Origin: an uncultured Gemmatimonadales bacterium
GTDB lineage: Bacteria > Gemmatimonadota > Gemmatimonadetes > Gemmatimonadales > GWC2-71-9
Length of the DNA stretch: 64,000 nucleotides
Direction: 5' to 3'
Assembly: GCA_963795085.1 (NCBI GenBank)
Contig: CAWCFX010000006.1
Coordinates: 96,001 to 160,000, forward strand
In this document: positions 50,608-61,374 of the stretch, in pieces
Layout of the letters: the number at the start of each line of letters is the position of its first letter
Position numbering within the stretch: the stretch's first letter is position 1
Made by a program: the position numbers and the translations under genes
The notes under the pieces: generated by a model
What the model was told of the DNA's origin: nothing
Database searches by the model: none
The model's input: only the letters and a program-made list of their open reading frames with translations

Positions 50608-51771
50608 TCAGGCTCCCATGGCGTCCTGGAAGATCCGGCTGAACTCCTGGTCCTCGGCATCGTCCAGGGAGCGGAAGCTGTGCAGCCGGGCCACCAGGTC
50701 GGCCGGCGGGCTGACCAGCGGGCTCGACGCCAGCTCGGGGGCGATCCGGGCCAGCTCCGAGGAGGTGCCCTTCACCGGCGAGATATATGGGGCGGCCTTG
50801 ACGATCTTGGCGGACACGGCGGGCTGATAGACATAATTGATCCACGCCATGGCCTGGTCCACCCGGTTCGACGTCCTGGGGATCAGCATGTTGTCCGAGT
50901 AGCGCATCGCCCCTTCAGCCGGCGCGATCCAGCGCAGGTCGGGATTGTCGGCCGCCAGTCCCTGGATGTCACCTGACCAGGCAACGGCCACCGCGATATT
51001 CCCGGCGGCGAGGTCTTCGGCGTAGTCGTTGCCCGTAAAGGCCCGGATATGGCCGTTCTCGCGGTAGCGCTTGATCCGGGCCGCCGCGGCTTCGACATCT
51101 GCCCGGGTCGCCGCGCCGGGGTCCTTGCCATCGCCGAGCATGACGAGGCCGAGGGTGTCCCGCATTTCCGTCAACATTGTCACCTGGCCCTTGAACCTGG
51201 GGTCGAACAGGTCGGCGACGCTGGTGAGTTCACGCCCGGTCTTGGCGGGATTGTATCCGATGCCCGCCATACCGGACAGCCAGGGCACGCTGAACCGCCG
51301 CCCCGGATCGAAGTCAACGCCGCGGAGGCTGTCTTCCAGGTTGACCTTGTTGGGGAACTTGGCATCCGGCAGTTCAGCCGCATATCCCATCCGTATCAGC
51401 CGGCCCACCATCCAGTCGGTCAGCACGATAATGTCGCGCCCGATATCCTGGGAGCGGGAGAGCGGTTCGCTGATCTTGGCGAAGAACTCGTTGTTGTCGT
51501 TGACGTCCTCGGTATACTCGGCCCGGATCCCGGTCGCCTGCTGGAAATCGGCCGGGATCGCCGGGTCGGTGTACAGCGGCCAGTTGGAGACCCGCACACT
51601 CGCCGCGGCGGCGGTGCCATCGCCGCCATCCTTCCCGGAGCAGGCACTGAGAAACGCGCCGCCGAAGGCCAGCCCCCCCGCCGCCAGGGCCGACCGGCGG
51701 AGAAAGGTGCGACGGTTGAGATTTCTGAGCAGATACTCCCGGATCGGATCACCGCTGTCATGCTGGCTCAT
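50608..51771 (-). CDS. potD: Polyamine ABC transporter substrate-binding lipoprotein (Tat signal; PotD-like)
   Basis: NRRTFL twin-arginine, LSAC lipobox, NWPLY, AWSGD, PAEG...DN. Confidence 0.85.
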   Translation of the reverse strand: MSQHDSGDPIREYLLRNLNRRTFLRRSALAAGGLAFGGAFLSACSGKDGGDGTAAAASVRVSNWPLYTDPAIPADFQQATGIRAEYTEDVNDNNEFFAKISEPLSRSQDIGRDIIVLTDWMVGRLIRMGYAAELPDAKFPNKVNLEDSLRGVDFDPGRRFSVPWLSGMAGIGYNPAKTGRELTSVADLFDPRFKGQVTMLTEMRDTLGLVMLGDGKDPGAATRADVEAAAARIKRYRENGHIRAFTGNDYAEDLAAGNIAVAVAWSGDIQGLAADNPDLRWIAPAEGAMRYSDNMLIPRTSNRVDQAMAWINYVYQPAVSAKIVKAAPYISPVKGTSSELARIAPELASSPLVSPPADLVARLHSFRSLDDAEDQEFSRIFQDAMGA

Positions 51772-52958
51772 GGCTGGGTCTCGGGGCTGGGGGAATTGTT
51801 CACTGCCCGGTCGGCAGTATCGGCGAAGTCAGACTCAAGCGCGGGACGCAGCTGGCTGGGCGGCAGGAGCCGGGCCGCGTCCCCATCCCACCCGGCAAAG
51901 AGGGATTGGCCGGCCGTGAGGTCGGGGATCGGATGGTCGGGGCCCAGGTGGCCGATGATCTCCGTGCCATCTCCGGCCCGGAGCGCCAGCCGGACCACCG
52001 GCCCCTGGAAAATGGCGCTCTCGACGGTGACCGGAATGGAATGGCCGTGGGGACGCGGGGCCAGGGAAATATGGAGCCGCTCCGGCCGGACCATGACGAT
52101 CGCGGCCTCTCCCGGGTTGGCGGTCCACGGGCCAATGGTCACCGGCATGACCGCGCCGCTGATGACCGCGGTCGGGCCGCTGCCATTGGAGGGCCCGGCC
52201 CGCGCCCGCAGCAGGTTGGCGACTCCGATAAAATTCGCGACGAATACCGTGGCGGGGGCGTGGTAGATCTCCCGGGGCGTGCCGATCTGCTCGACCCGGC
52301 CCTCGTTCATCACCACGATCCGGTCGGACATGGTCAGCGCTTCTTCCTGGTCGTGGGTGACATAAATGAACGCGATGCCCACTTCCCGCTGAATCCGCTT
52401 GAGCTCGATCTGCATCGCCTGGCGCAGCTTCAGGTCGAGCGCTCCCAGGGGCTCATCCAGCAGAAGGGCGCTGGGATAGTTCACCAGCGCCCGGGCCAGG
52501 GCCACGCGTTGCTGCTGGCCTCCGCTCAGCTGTCCCGGCTTTCGCCGGGCCAGCGCCCCCAGCCGGATGATCTCCAGCAGTTCCTTCACCCGGCGGTCGG
52601 TTTCCTCCGAATCCAGCTTCTGGGATCGGGGGCCGAACGCGACGTTGTCATACACCGACATGTGGGGGAAGAGGGCATAGTGCTGGAACACGGTGTTGAC
52701 GTTGCGGCGGTACGGCGGCACGGTGGAGACATCCCGCCCCTGGAGGATGATCCGGCCGGCGGATGGGTGTTCGAACCCGGCGATCATCCGGAGGGTGGTC
52801 GTCTTGCCGCAGCCGGAAGGCCCCAGCAGGCTGAAGAACTCGCCGGAGCCGATATCGAAGTGCGCGTCGTCCACCGCCACGAAGTCTCCGAATCGCTTGG
52901 AGACGTGCTCGACCCTGATGACCGGACCGGCTGGGGTGGGGCTTGCGTTCAGGTTCAT
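51768..52958 (-). CDS. potA: Polyamine ABC transporter ATP-binding protein (PotA-like)
   Basis: [55 protein letters not shown] tail. Confidence 0.9.
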   Translation of the reverse strand: MNLNASPTPAGPVIRVEHVSKRFGDFVAVDDAHFDIGSGEFFSLLGPSGCGKTTTLRMIAGFEHPSAGRIILQGRDVSTVPPYRRNVNTVFQHYALFPHMSVYDNVAFGPRSQKLDSEETDRRVKELLEIIRLGALARRKPGQLSGGQQQRVALARALVNYPSALLLDEPLGALDLKLRQAMQIELKRIQREVGIAFIYVTHDQEEALTMSDRIVVMNEGRVEQIGTPREIYHAPATVFVANFIGVANLLRARAGPSNGSGPTAVISGAVMPVTIGPWTANPGEAAIVMVRPERLHISLAPRPHGHSIPVTVESAIFQGPVVRLALRAGDGTEIIGHLGPDHPIPDLTAGQSLFAGWDGDAARLLPPSQLRPALESDFADTADRAVNNSPSPETQP

Positions 52959-53102
52959 CGGTGAGAGCGCTTGCGGTGGAGGGTGCGTCAATCTGCAGGT
53001 TTCCCCGGACTTTGACAACCGGGGCCGGGGGGCCGCCAAACTTCCCAGGTCTGGAGCGGCCGAGTAGTTTGAGGCCGCCCCCACCCCCAGGAGCAGCGTA
53101 CC

Positions 53103-54497
53103 ATGAAGACCGGAGCGGCCCCGTCCCCCAGTTCCACGCCCGTGGCCGGGCGGCTGGCCGAGCGCGCCAACCAGATCCGGGAACGCGAAATGGCGCGCCT
53201 GCTCGCCCGGACCCCGAAATCCGCGGCCCTCTACCTGCGCGCCCGGCGCACGCTTCCCTTCGGCGTGGTTTCTTCGTTCCAGAAAATGGCCCCCTACCCG
53301 ATCTATCTCTCCCGGGGCGTCGCCGGCCAGGTGTGGGACCAGGACGGGCACGCCTACCGGGATTTCCACGGGGGGTTCGGGGCCATGGTGGTGGGACACG
53401 CCCATCCCCGGATCGTGGCGGCGATCGGGGAGGCGGCCGCCCGCGGGACCCACTTCGCCGTCACCACCGAGTCCGCGGTCGAGTACGGCGAGGAGCTGTG
53501 CCGGCGGTTCAACCTGGAGATGATCCGGTTTGCCAACTCGGGCACGGAAACCACCATGGACGCCATCCGGGTAGCCCGGGCCGCCACCGGCCGCGACGTG
53601 GTCTGCAAGATCGAAGGTTCCTACCACGGCCACCACGACGCGGTCATGTTCTCGGTCGTCCCCAACGCGGACGTCATGGGCGGCCGCGAGCGGCCCGCCA
53701 AGGCGCCGGTGTCCACTGGCCTGGTCAAGGATGCCCACCGGTACATCGAAGTGGTTCCCTTCAACGGCGTGGCCGAAGTCGAGCAATTGTTCGCGGAACG
53801 AGGGCAGGACATCGCCTGCATCATCATGGAACCGGCCATGATGAACATCGGGATCGTGCTGCCGGAGCCGGGGTACCTCGAACGGGTTCGCGAGTTATGC
53901 ACCCGCCACGGGATCGTCCTGATCTACGACGAGGTGAAAACCGGGGTGACGATCGCCGCCGGAGGCGCCACCGAGCGGTTCGGCGTCCAGCCGGACCTGG
54001 TATGCCTGGCCAAGGCGATCGCCGGCGGACTCTCCGGCGGCGCCTTTGGAGGGCGAGCCGATTTGATGATGCTGATCGAGCGGGGGGTATCGCAGATGGG
54101 CACCTTCAACGGCAACCCGCTGGTCGCCCATGTCGGGCTGGTCACGCTGAAGGAGATTCTCACGGCGGACGCCTACGAGTACCTGGGCCGGCTGGGACAC
54201 CGGATGGCCGAAGGGTGCCGGCAGGCGATCGCGCAGTACGACCTGCCCGCCCACGTGATCGACCTCGGCGCCAAGGGATGCGTTTCCTATCGCCGGGAAC
54301 CGATGCGGAACTACCGGGACTTCCTGGACACCCAGCCGGAGATCTTCGGCGCTTCCTACCCGTACCTCCTGAACCGGGGGATCTTCATGACGCCGGGGGA
54401 CGAAGAACAGTGGACGTTGTCCGTCCAGCATACCCCGGCGGACGTGGACGCCTATCTCGAGGTCTTCACCGAATTCTGCCGGGAACTGGCGGGCTGA
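53103..54497 (+). CDS. Class III PLP-dependent aminotransferase (GSA-aminomutase-like)
   Basis: [42 protein letters not shown]. Confidence 0.88.
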   Translation: MKTGAAPSPSSTPVAGRLAERANQIREREMARLLARTPKSAALYLRARRTLPFGVVSSFQKMAPYPIYLSRGVAGQVWDQDGHAYRDFHGGFGAMVVGHAHPRIVAAIGEAAARGTHFAVTTESAVEYGEELCRRFNLEMIRFANSGTETTMDAIRVARAATGRDVVCKIEGSYHGHHDAVMFSVVPNADVMGGRERPAKAPVSTGLVKDAHRYIEVVPFNGVAEVEQLFAERGQDIACIIMEPAMMNIGIVLPEPGYLERVRELCTRHGIVLIYDEVKTGVTIAAGGATERFGVQPDLVCLAKAIAGGLSGGAFGGRADLMMLIERGVSQMGTFNGNPLVAHVGLVTLKEILTADAYEYLGRLGHRMAEGCRQAIAQYDLPAHVIDLGAKGCVSYRREPMRNYRDFLDTQPEIFGASYPYLLNRGIFMTPGDEEQWTLSVQHTPADVDAYLEVFTEFCRELAG

Positions 54498-57388
54498 AGG
54501 GGGCGGCTGACCGCCGGCCGGGGCTCCAGCACCTTCCGGAGGAATTGGCCGGTATGGCTGGCGGCGACCCGGCTCACCTCCTCCGGCGTGCCTTCGGCCA
54601 CGGTCAGCCCGCCCTGCTCGCCGCCTTCCGGGCCCAGGTCCAGGATCCAGTCCGCCGTCTTGATGACGTCCAGGTTGTGCTCGATCACGATCACGCTGTT
54701 GCCCTTGTCCACCAGCCGGTGGAGCACCTCCAGGAGCAGCCGCACGTCCTCGAAGTGAAGGCCGGTGGTCGGCTCGTCGAGGATATAGAGGGTCCGGCCG
54801 GTATCGCGCTTGGCCAGCTCGGTGGCCAGCTTGACCCGTTGCGCCTCGCCGCCGGAGAGCGTGGTCGCCGCCTGCCCCAGGTGGATGTACCCCAATCCCA
54901 CGTCGTTCAACAGCTCCAGCTTCTCCGCGATCCGCCGCTGGTTGGCAAAGAAATCGAGGGCGTCCTCCACCGTGAGATCCAGGACGTCCGCGATGCTTTT
55001 TCCCTTATACCGGACCTCCAGCGTCTCCCGGTTATAGCGCCGCCCTTTGCAGACTTCGCAGGGGACGTACACGTCCGGGAGGAAATGCATCTCGATCTTG
55101 ACCAGCCCGTCTCCCTGGCAGGCCTCGCAGCGGCCGCCCTTCACGTTGAACGAGAAGCGGCCCGGACCATACCCGCGGAGCTTGGCCTCCGGCAGCTGGG
55201 TAAACAGTTCCCGGATGGGAGTGAAGAGCCCGCTGTAGGTGGCGGGGTTGGACCGGGGGGTCCGGCCGATAGGACTCTGGTCGATATCAATGACCTTGTC
55301 GATCTGGTCCAGCCCCTCGAGCCGCTGGTGCTGGCCGGGCACCACCTTGGCGCGATAGAAATGGCGGGCCAGCGCGCGGTAGAGGATGTCGGTCACCAGG
55401 CTGGACTTCCCGGAGCCCGATACGCCGGTCACCGCGACGAAGAGCCCCAGCGGAAAATCCACCGTGAGGTCCTGGAGGTTGTTCTCCCGGGCTCCCACCA
55501 CGCGGAGGCGCTTGCCCCGGGTGGCCAGCCGGCGGCCGCTGGGAACCGGGATGCGCAGTTCGCCTCGCAGGTAGCGGGCGGTCAGCGACGTGGGGTGGGC
55601 CAGGATGTCGTCCACTGAGCCCTGGGCCACCACCTCGCCGCCAAACCGCCCCGCGCCGGGACCCAGGTCCACCACATGGTCCGCCGCCCGGATGGTGTCT
55701 TCGTCGTGCTCCACGACGAGCACCGTATTGCCGAGGTCCCGCAGGTCGCGCAATGTCCCCAGCAATCGTTCGTTGTCCCGCTGGTGCAGCCCGATGCTTG
55801 GCTCGTCCAGGATGTAGAGAACGCCCACCAGCCGGGAACCGATCTGGGTGGCCAGCCGGATTCGCTGCGCCTCGCCGCCGGACAGCGACGCGGCGCCCCG
55901 GCCCAGGGTGAGATACTCCAGGCCCACATCGCGGAGGAACCGGAGCCGGTCGCAGACTTCCTTGAGAATCGGACCGGCGACGTCGGGGTCGAGGGCGCCG
56001 TCGCCGGTCCGGCCCAGGGGAATGCTCTGGAAGAACTGCAGGGCCTGGCCCACGGGTAACTGGACGACGTCACCGATGCTCCGCCCCCGGACCAGCACCG
56101 CCAGGCTCTCCGGCTTGAGCCGCCGGCCGCCGCAGGTGGCGCAGGGCTGCTCCACCATGAACTCCTCCATGCTGGACCGGATCGAGTCGCTGGATGATTC
56201 CCGGTACCGGCGCTCCACGTTCCGGAGCACCCCTTCCCACTCGCTCTCGTACTCGCTTTTGGCCCGGGCTCCTTCGGCGTGAAACTTGAGCACTTTGCCG
56301 GGCACCCCGTTGAGGATGGCGCCCCGGGCCGACTCGCTCAATTCGCCCCACGGCGTATTGAGATCGAACTTGAAGGCGCGCCCCAGCGTGGGCAGGACCA
56401 CCTTGCGCAGGTAGCCGCTCGGCTCGCCCCAGGGCAGGATCACCCCTTCCAGGATCGAGATGCTGGAATCCCCGAGGATCAGGCCGGCGTTGACCTCGCG
56501 GCGGGTGCCCAGGCCGTGACAATCGGGGCAGGTCCCGAAGGGCGAGTTGAAGGAGAACTGGCGGGGTTCCAGCTCGGGGAGCGAGAGTCCGCAGACCGGA
56601 CAGGCAAACCGCTCGCTGAACATGAACGTCTCGGTATCCGGCCCGCCGGGGCGTCGGTCGGCCGTTCCGCCATGGCGAATAACCTCGACCACGCCATCGG
56701 CGGCTTTCAGGGCAGTCTCGATGGAATCGTGGAGCCGGGACCGGTCCGCGGCGGATACCGCCAGCCGGTCCACCACCACGGAAATGTCGTGGTTCTGGCG
56801 CCGGTTAAGCGCCGGCACCTGGGTGAGATCACAGGTCTGGCCATCGACCCGCACCCGGATGAACCCCTGGCGGCGGGCATCGTCGAACAGGTCCTTGAAC
56901 TCCCCTTTCCGCCCCCGCACCAGCGGCGCCAGGATCTCCAGCCGCGTGCCGTCCGGCCACCCGGCGACCAGGTCGCTGATCTGGGACGCGCTCTGCCGCT
57001 GCACCGGGCTGCCGTCGTTGGGACAATGGGGCACCCCGACCCGGGCCCAGAGCAGCCGGAGATAGTCGTAGATCTCGGTGATGGTTCCGACGGTGGACCG
57101 GGGATTCTGGGCGCCGGCCTTCTGCTCGATGGAGATGGCCGGCGAGAGGCCCTCGATGGCATCCACGTCGGGCTTTTCCATCAAGCCGAGGAACTGGCGG
57201 GCATAGGCGGAGAGCGATTCGACATAGCGCCGCTGCCCCTCGGCGTAGATGGTGTCGAACGCCAGCGAAGATTTTCCCGACCCGGAGAGGCCGGTAAACA
57301 CGGTCAGCGCATTTCGGGGGAGCGAAACGGAGATGTTCTTGAGGTTGTGCTCGCGGGCACCGCGTACAACGAGGAACTCTTCAGGCAT
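54452..57388 (-). CDS. uvrA: Excinuclease ABC subunit A
   Basis: [32 protein letters not shown], two LSGGEAQR motifs, zinc fingers. Confidence 0.98.
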   Translation of the reverse strand: MPEEFLVVRGAREHNLKNISVSLPRNALTVFTGLSGSGKSSLAFDTIYAEGQRRYVESLSAYARQFLGLMEKPDVDAIEGLSPAISIEQKAGAQNPRSTVGTITEIYDYLRLLWARVGVPHCPNDGSPVQRQSASQISDLVAGWPDGTRLEILAPLVRGRKGEFKDLFDDARRQGFIRVRVDGQTCDLTQVPALNRRQNHDISVVVDRLAVSAADRSRLHDSIETALKAADGVVEVIRHGGTADRRPGGPDTETFMFSERFACPVCGLSLPELEPRQFSFNSPFGTCPDCHGLGTRREVNAGLILGDSSISILEGVILPWGEPSGYLRKVVLPTLGRAFKFDLNTPWGELSESARGAILNGVPGKVLKFHAEGARAKSEYESEWEGVLRNVERRYRESSSDSIRSSMEEFMVEQPCATCGGRRLKPESLAVLVRGRSIGDVVQLPVGQALQFFQSIPLGRTGDGALDPDVAGPILKEVCDRLRFLRDVGLEYLTLGRGAASLSGGEAQRIRLATQIGSRLVGVLYILDEPSIGLHQRDNERLLGTLRDLRDLGNTVLVVEHDEDTIRAADHVVDLGPGAGRFGGEVVAQGSVDDILAHPTSLTARYLRGELRIPVPSGRRLATRGKRLRVVGARENNLQDLTVDFPLGLFVAVTGVSGSGKSSLVTDILYRALARHFYRAKVVPGQHQRLEGLDQIDKVIDIDQSPIGRTPRSNPATYSGLFTPIRELFTQLPEAKLRGYGPGRFSFNVKGGRCEACQGDGLVKIEMHFLPDVYVPCEVCKGRRYNRETLEVRYKGKSIADVLDLTVEDALDFFANQRRIAEKLELLNDVGLGYIHLGQAATTLSGGEAQRVKLATELAKRDTGRTLYILDEPTTGLHFEDVRLLLEVLHRLVDKGNSVIVIEHNLDVIKTADWILDLGPEGGEQGGLTVAEGTPEEVSRVAASHTGQFLRKVLEPRPAVSRPLQPASSRQNSVKTSR

Positions 57389-57639
57389 AAGACGTCAAAG
57401 CTAGCCCTGAGGACGGACCCAGTTCAAGACTCGGGCCCCGGGCAAGGCTCGGGTTGTTGCTGACCCGGGACGAGCGAGGGACCCGCGGCACGGCGGAACC
57501 GGGACAGATTCCCGCAGTTGTAGCTTTCGATTAATTCGCTAACATTGTATCAGGCAATCATCGGGATCAGCCCTTCTATATGCTGTCACCAGGCGCCTCG
57601 TTCCCGGAGCCGCCTTGCCAGATACTGGAGTCGTTATTC

Positions 57640-58440
57640 ATGCGTCGTGCCCGTCATAGCCGGAGCAGTGGCCGGGAACAGGCCCTGGACGAACTCTTCG
57701 CCACCGCCGGCCTGGAGGCCGACCCGGCCGCCCGGGGCGTGGACAGTCATTTTTCGCTGCGGCCCTTCGCCGAGGGGAGCGTCGGCGACGGGGTCGTGGA
57801 ACCGGACCCCGTCGCTGAGGGCACCGTCCCGGAACAGTTGCTGCGCCGGGCCCGGGAGGCCGCCGACCGCAACCGCCGCGGGGATGCCATCCAGATCTAC
57901 CGCCAGCTGTTGACCATCGAACCGGGCAATCTGGCCGGGCGCAACAACCTGGCGCTCCTGTTCGAGGCCGGCGGCGAGCCCGAGATGGCCATCGACGAAC
58001 TGAACGCGGCGCTTCGCCACCACCCCGACCAGGTGGACCTGCTGGTCAACCGGGGCGCCATCCAGGGCACCCTCAAGCGGTACCCGGAGGCCGAGGCTGA
58101 CCTGCGGCGTGCCTTGCGGCTGGCGCCCGGGCATGCCGGCGCCCACTACAACCTGGGCCTGGTGCTCTGGAAGAAAGGTCTGCCCGAGGATGCGTCCGCC
58201 GAGTTCCAGCGGGCGGTCGAGAAGGATCGCGACCACACGGCGGCCTGGTACTACCTGGGCGATGCGCGCAACCAGGCCGGCGATCTCCCCGGCGCGCAGC
58301 AGGCGCTGGAGGAAGCCGTCCGGCTCGACGCTTCGTTCAGCAAGGCCTACCACCTGCTGGGCCGGGTGTTCGACCGGATGCATCGACCCGGCGAGGCCAT
58401 CGAGATGTATCGCCGAGCGCGGGAGATCGCCACGCAGTGA
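57640..58440 (+). CDS. Tetratricopeptide repeat protein
   Basis: About six TPRs (AHYNLG, AWYYLG, AYHLLG). Start uncertain. Confidence 0.88.
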   Translation: MRRARHSRSSGREQALDELFATAGLEADPAARGVDSHFSLRPFAEGSVGDGVVEPDPVAEGTVPEQLLRRAREAADRNRRGDAIQIYRQLLTIEPGNLAGRNNLALLFEAGGEPEMAIDELNAALRHHPDQVDLLVNRGAIQGTLKRYPEAEADLRRALRLAPGHAGAHYNLGLVLWKKGLPEDASAEFQRAVEKDRDHTAAWYYLGDARNQAGDLPGAQQALEEAVRLDASFSKAYHLLGRVFDRMHRPGEAIEMYRRAREIATQ

Positions 58441-58940
58441 TCGAGGTCGTGGTTGACGATCTCGCCTTCCTGGCGGTCGATGCCATCCTGAGGCCGGCCA
58501 GCGAACGGCTCGACCCCGTCACCCCGGCCATGTCACGTCTCGACCACGCGGCCGGCCCCGGGTTTGCCGATCAGCGGCGGATCCAGACCGCGCTCGATAT
58601 CGGCGCCGCCGTGGTCACCGGGGCCGGCGACCTGGCCGCCAAACTGGTGGTCCATGTCGTCATCCAGGGCGAGGACCGCGCGGCAACGCCGGATTCGGTC
58701 CGGCGGGGCCTGCTGTCGGCCTGGCAGCGGGCCGAAGACTGGGGACTGGAAGCCGTGGCCATGCCGTTGATCGGAGCCGGGGCAGGTCAACTCTCCCTTG
58801 AGGATGCCACGACTATCCTGATCCAGACGCTGGAGCAGCACCGGACCCGGGCCCGGTTCCCCACGCTGGTGCGGATCGTCCTGGAGCGCGAACCGGAGCG
58901 CGCCGCGGTCGCCGCCGTGGTGGCAAGGCGGCCATCCTGA
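58437..58940 (+). CDS. Macro domain protein (degenerate motifs)
   Basis: IEVVVDDL...VDAI, GAAVVTGAGDL.AK.VVHV, VAMPLIGAG. Confidence 0.8.
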   Translation: MIEVVVDDLAFLAVDAILRPASERLDPVTPAMSRLDHAAGPGFADQRRIQTALDIGAAVVTGAGDLAAKLVVHVVIQGEDRAATPDSVRRGLLSAWQRAEDWGLEAVAMPLIGAGAGQLSLEDATTILIQTLEQHRTRARFPTLVRIVLEREPERAAVAAVVARRPS

Positions 58941-60472
58941 ATCGCAGGACTCTGGCGACCTTCATCCTGGCCTCGTGGGTCCTGACGCTGGGGTGGCTGA
59001 CCTGGCGGGTCTACCGCCGGGGACCCTCCACCTTCCAGTCCGCCGCGGGACCCATCCTTCCCCCCGATGCCTATTTCTTCACCGTGCGGGCAGCCGGCCG
59101 GCAGATCGGGATCGCGTCAATTACCATCGACACCCTCTCCGATGGCGTGCAGGTCATCGAGCGCCTTGGACTCGACCTGCCCTTGCATCCTACCAGTACC
59201 CGCAGCCAGTTCACGACCCAGTTCACCATCGGGACCGACCTGCGGCTCCGGGAATTCCGGGTCACTTCACCGGGGCCGACCGACCCGGTGGTGCAACACG
59301 GCACGGTTGAAGGAGATTCCCTCATCACGGTGTCGCCCGGCACCGGCGAACCCCGGTGGCGAATACCGGCCGGTTCCAGTTCGCTGATTCCCCCCCTGGC
59401 CGCCCCGGTCGCCCTGGCCCTGCAGCAGAAGCTTCGGGTCGGGGAGCGCCTCTCGGTGCCGGTTTTCGACCCGCGCACCCTGGCGCCGGGGATCATTGCC
59501 CTCACCGTCCTGGATGATTCGGTATTCCTGGTTCCCGACAGCGCCGATTTCGATTCCGCGGCCGGCGGCTGGCTCCCGGCCCATTCCGACACCATCCCGG
59601 CGTGGAAACTGGCATGGTCGGACGGCAGCCGCAGCCTCGAGATGTGGGTGGACAGCCGGGGCCTGCCGATCCGGATCGTATCCCCGGCGGGGCTCGAGTT
59701 CGACCGCTCCGCCTTCGAGATCGTCACCATCAACTACCGGCGCAGCCGGGAGGCCGGCCGGATCCAACCGGAGCCAGCCATCGTCCCCCGGACCGCGGTG
59801 GCGGGTGGAGCGGAGCCGGACCGGGGCATCGGCTCCCTGCGGGTCCGCCTCAGTGTGGGGGGCCAGGCATGGCGCCTCCCGGCCGATTCCTTGGCCGGCG
59901 GGAGCCAGCACATGGAGGGCGATGTTGCCGTCACCAGCCAGGTGGCGCTCGCCGGGACCGACACCGTGCCGCTGCCAGAGGATCAGCGCATCCGGTGGCT
60001 GGGCGATGCGCCGTTCCTGGGCATTGGGGATTCGGCCATCCAGCGTCAAGCCGCCCAGATCGCGGGTCCGGAGCGGGATCCGGGCGCCGTCGCGACCCGG
60101 CTCACGGCATGGGTCGCCCGCAACATTGCCCGGGTGCCCTCCCTGCGCGTGCCGCGGGCTGCAACGGTCCTCCGCGAGCGGCAAGCCGACGTGGACGGCC
60201 ACACGGTCCTGCTGGTCGCGCTGGCCCGCGCCTCCGGCATCCCGGCCCGGCCGGTCAGCGGCATTCTTCTCGCAGGAGGGCGGTTCTACCTCCACTCCTG
60301 GGTCGAAGTGTACCTGGACCGGTGGGTGCCGGTGGACCCGACCTGGGGAGAGATGCCCGCCGGCGCCAACCGGCTTCGGCTGGTGACCGGCGGCCTGGCC
60401 CGGCCCCTCGACCTGCTGCCGCTGGTGGCCGGCCTGGATGCCGAACTGCTGACCCAACGACAACGCCCATGA
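58937..60472 (+). CDS. Membrane-anchored transglutaminase-like domain protein
   Basis: ALARASGIPARPVSG, HSWVEVY..RWVPVDPT. The frame extends upstream to CTG at 58937, adding an N-terminal TM anchor. Confidence 0.85.
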   Translation: MNRRTLATFILASWVLTLGWLTWRVYRRGPSTFQSAAGPILPPDAYFFTVRAAGRQIGIASITIDTLSDGVQVIERLGLDLPLHPTSTRSQFTTQFTIGTDLRLREFRVTSPGPTDPVVQHGTVEGDSLITVSPGTGEPRWRIPAGSSSLIPPLAAPVALALQQKLRVGERLSVPVFDPRTLAPGIIALTVLDDSVFLVPDSADFDSAAGGWLPAHSDTIPAWKLAWSDGSRSLEMWVDSRGLPIRIVSPAGLEFDRSAFEIVTINYRRSREAGRIQPEPAIVPRTAVAGGAEPDRGIGSLRVRLSVGGQAWRLPADSLAGGSQHMEGDVAVTSQVALAGTDTVPLPEDQRIRWLGDAPFLGIGDSAIQRQAAQIAGPERDPGAVATRLTAWVARNIARVPSLRVPRAATVLRERQADVDGHTVLLVALARASGIPARPVSGILLAGGRFYLHSWVEVYLDRWVPVDPTWGEMPAGANRLRLVTGGLARPLDLLPLVAGLDAELLTQRQRP

Positions 60473-61239
60473 TCCGCCTGAATGGTCTGACCAAGAAGTA
60501 CGGCCGGTTCACCGCCGTGGACGGCATCAACCTCACGGTGCCCGAGGGGGAGCTGTTCGGCTTCCTGGGCCCGAACGGCGCCGGCAAGACCACCACGCTG
60601 CGGATGATCGCCGGCATCCTCAAGCCTTCCGCCGGGACCGTGGAGATCGCGGGCGACGACATCCAGGCCCGGCCGCTGCATGCCAAGGCGCGGCTGGGGT
60701 TCATCCCGGACCGGCCCTACGTCTACGAAAAGCTGACCGGCGCGGAGTTCCTCCGCTTTGTCGCCGCGCTCTACGGGCAAAGCGGGGCCGAGGTCGAAGA
60801 ACGCGCCGGTGAACTGCTGGAACTGTTCGAGCTCACCCCGTGGAAGCACGAGCTGGTCGAGTCGTACAGCCACGGCATGCGCCAGAAACTGATCATCTCC
60901 AGCGCGCTGGTCCACCGGCCGGCCGTCATCGTGGTGGACGAGCCGATGGTGGGCCTCGACCCCCGCAGCGCCAAGCTGCTGAAGGATCTCTTTCGCCAGT
61001 TCGTCACCCGGGGCGGCACCGTGCTCATGAGCACCCACACCCTCGAAGTCGCCGAGACCATGTGCGACCGGATCGCGATCATCGTCAAAGGCAGGATCGC
61101 CGCCTACGGGACCATGGCGGAGTTGCGGGAACAGACCTCCTCGGCCGACATGAGCCTGGAAGAGCTCTTCCTCAAGATCACCGGCGGAACTCCGGACCGG
61201 GACATCGGTGCCGTGCTGGGAGCGAACAGTGCCGAATGA
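60469..61239 (+). CDS. ABC-2 type transporter ATP-binding protein
   Basis: GPNGAGKTT, YSHGMRQK, VDEPMVGLDP, STH. Confidence 0.93.
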   Translation: MIRLNGLTKKYGRFTAVDGINLTVPEGELFGFLGPNGAGKTTTLRMIAGILKPSAGTVEIAGDDIQARPLHAKARLGFIPDRPYVYEKLTGAEFLRFVAALYGQSGAEVEERAGELLELFELTPWKHELVESYSHGMRQKLIISSALVHRPAVIVVDEPMVGLDPRSAKLLKDLFRQFVTRGGTVLMSTHTLEVAETMCDRIAIIVKGRIAAYGTMAELREQTSSADMSLEELFLKITGGTPDRDIGAVLGANSAE

Positions 61240-61374
61240 CCGGCCACCGGTGAGAAACGCGCGGCGAGAGGGGCGGATGATCCCGTTGCGGCCAGTCGCG
61301 ACCGGACGGGAAGCCGGCCTGGCTTGCCTGGCGCCGGCCACCCCTCGCCGGTTGCCGAACTAGAGGACGCCCGG

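Noticed and set aside
54452..54497. Convergent 3' overlaps (aminotransferase/uvrA; also 12671-12763)
   Set aside because: Short tail overlaps are common in high-GC genomes, with no sign of function.
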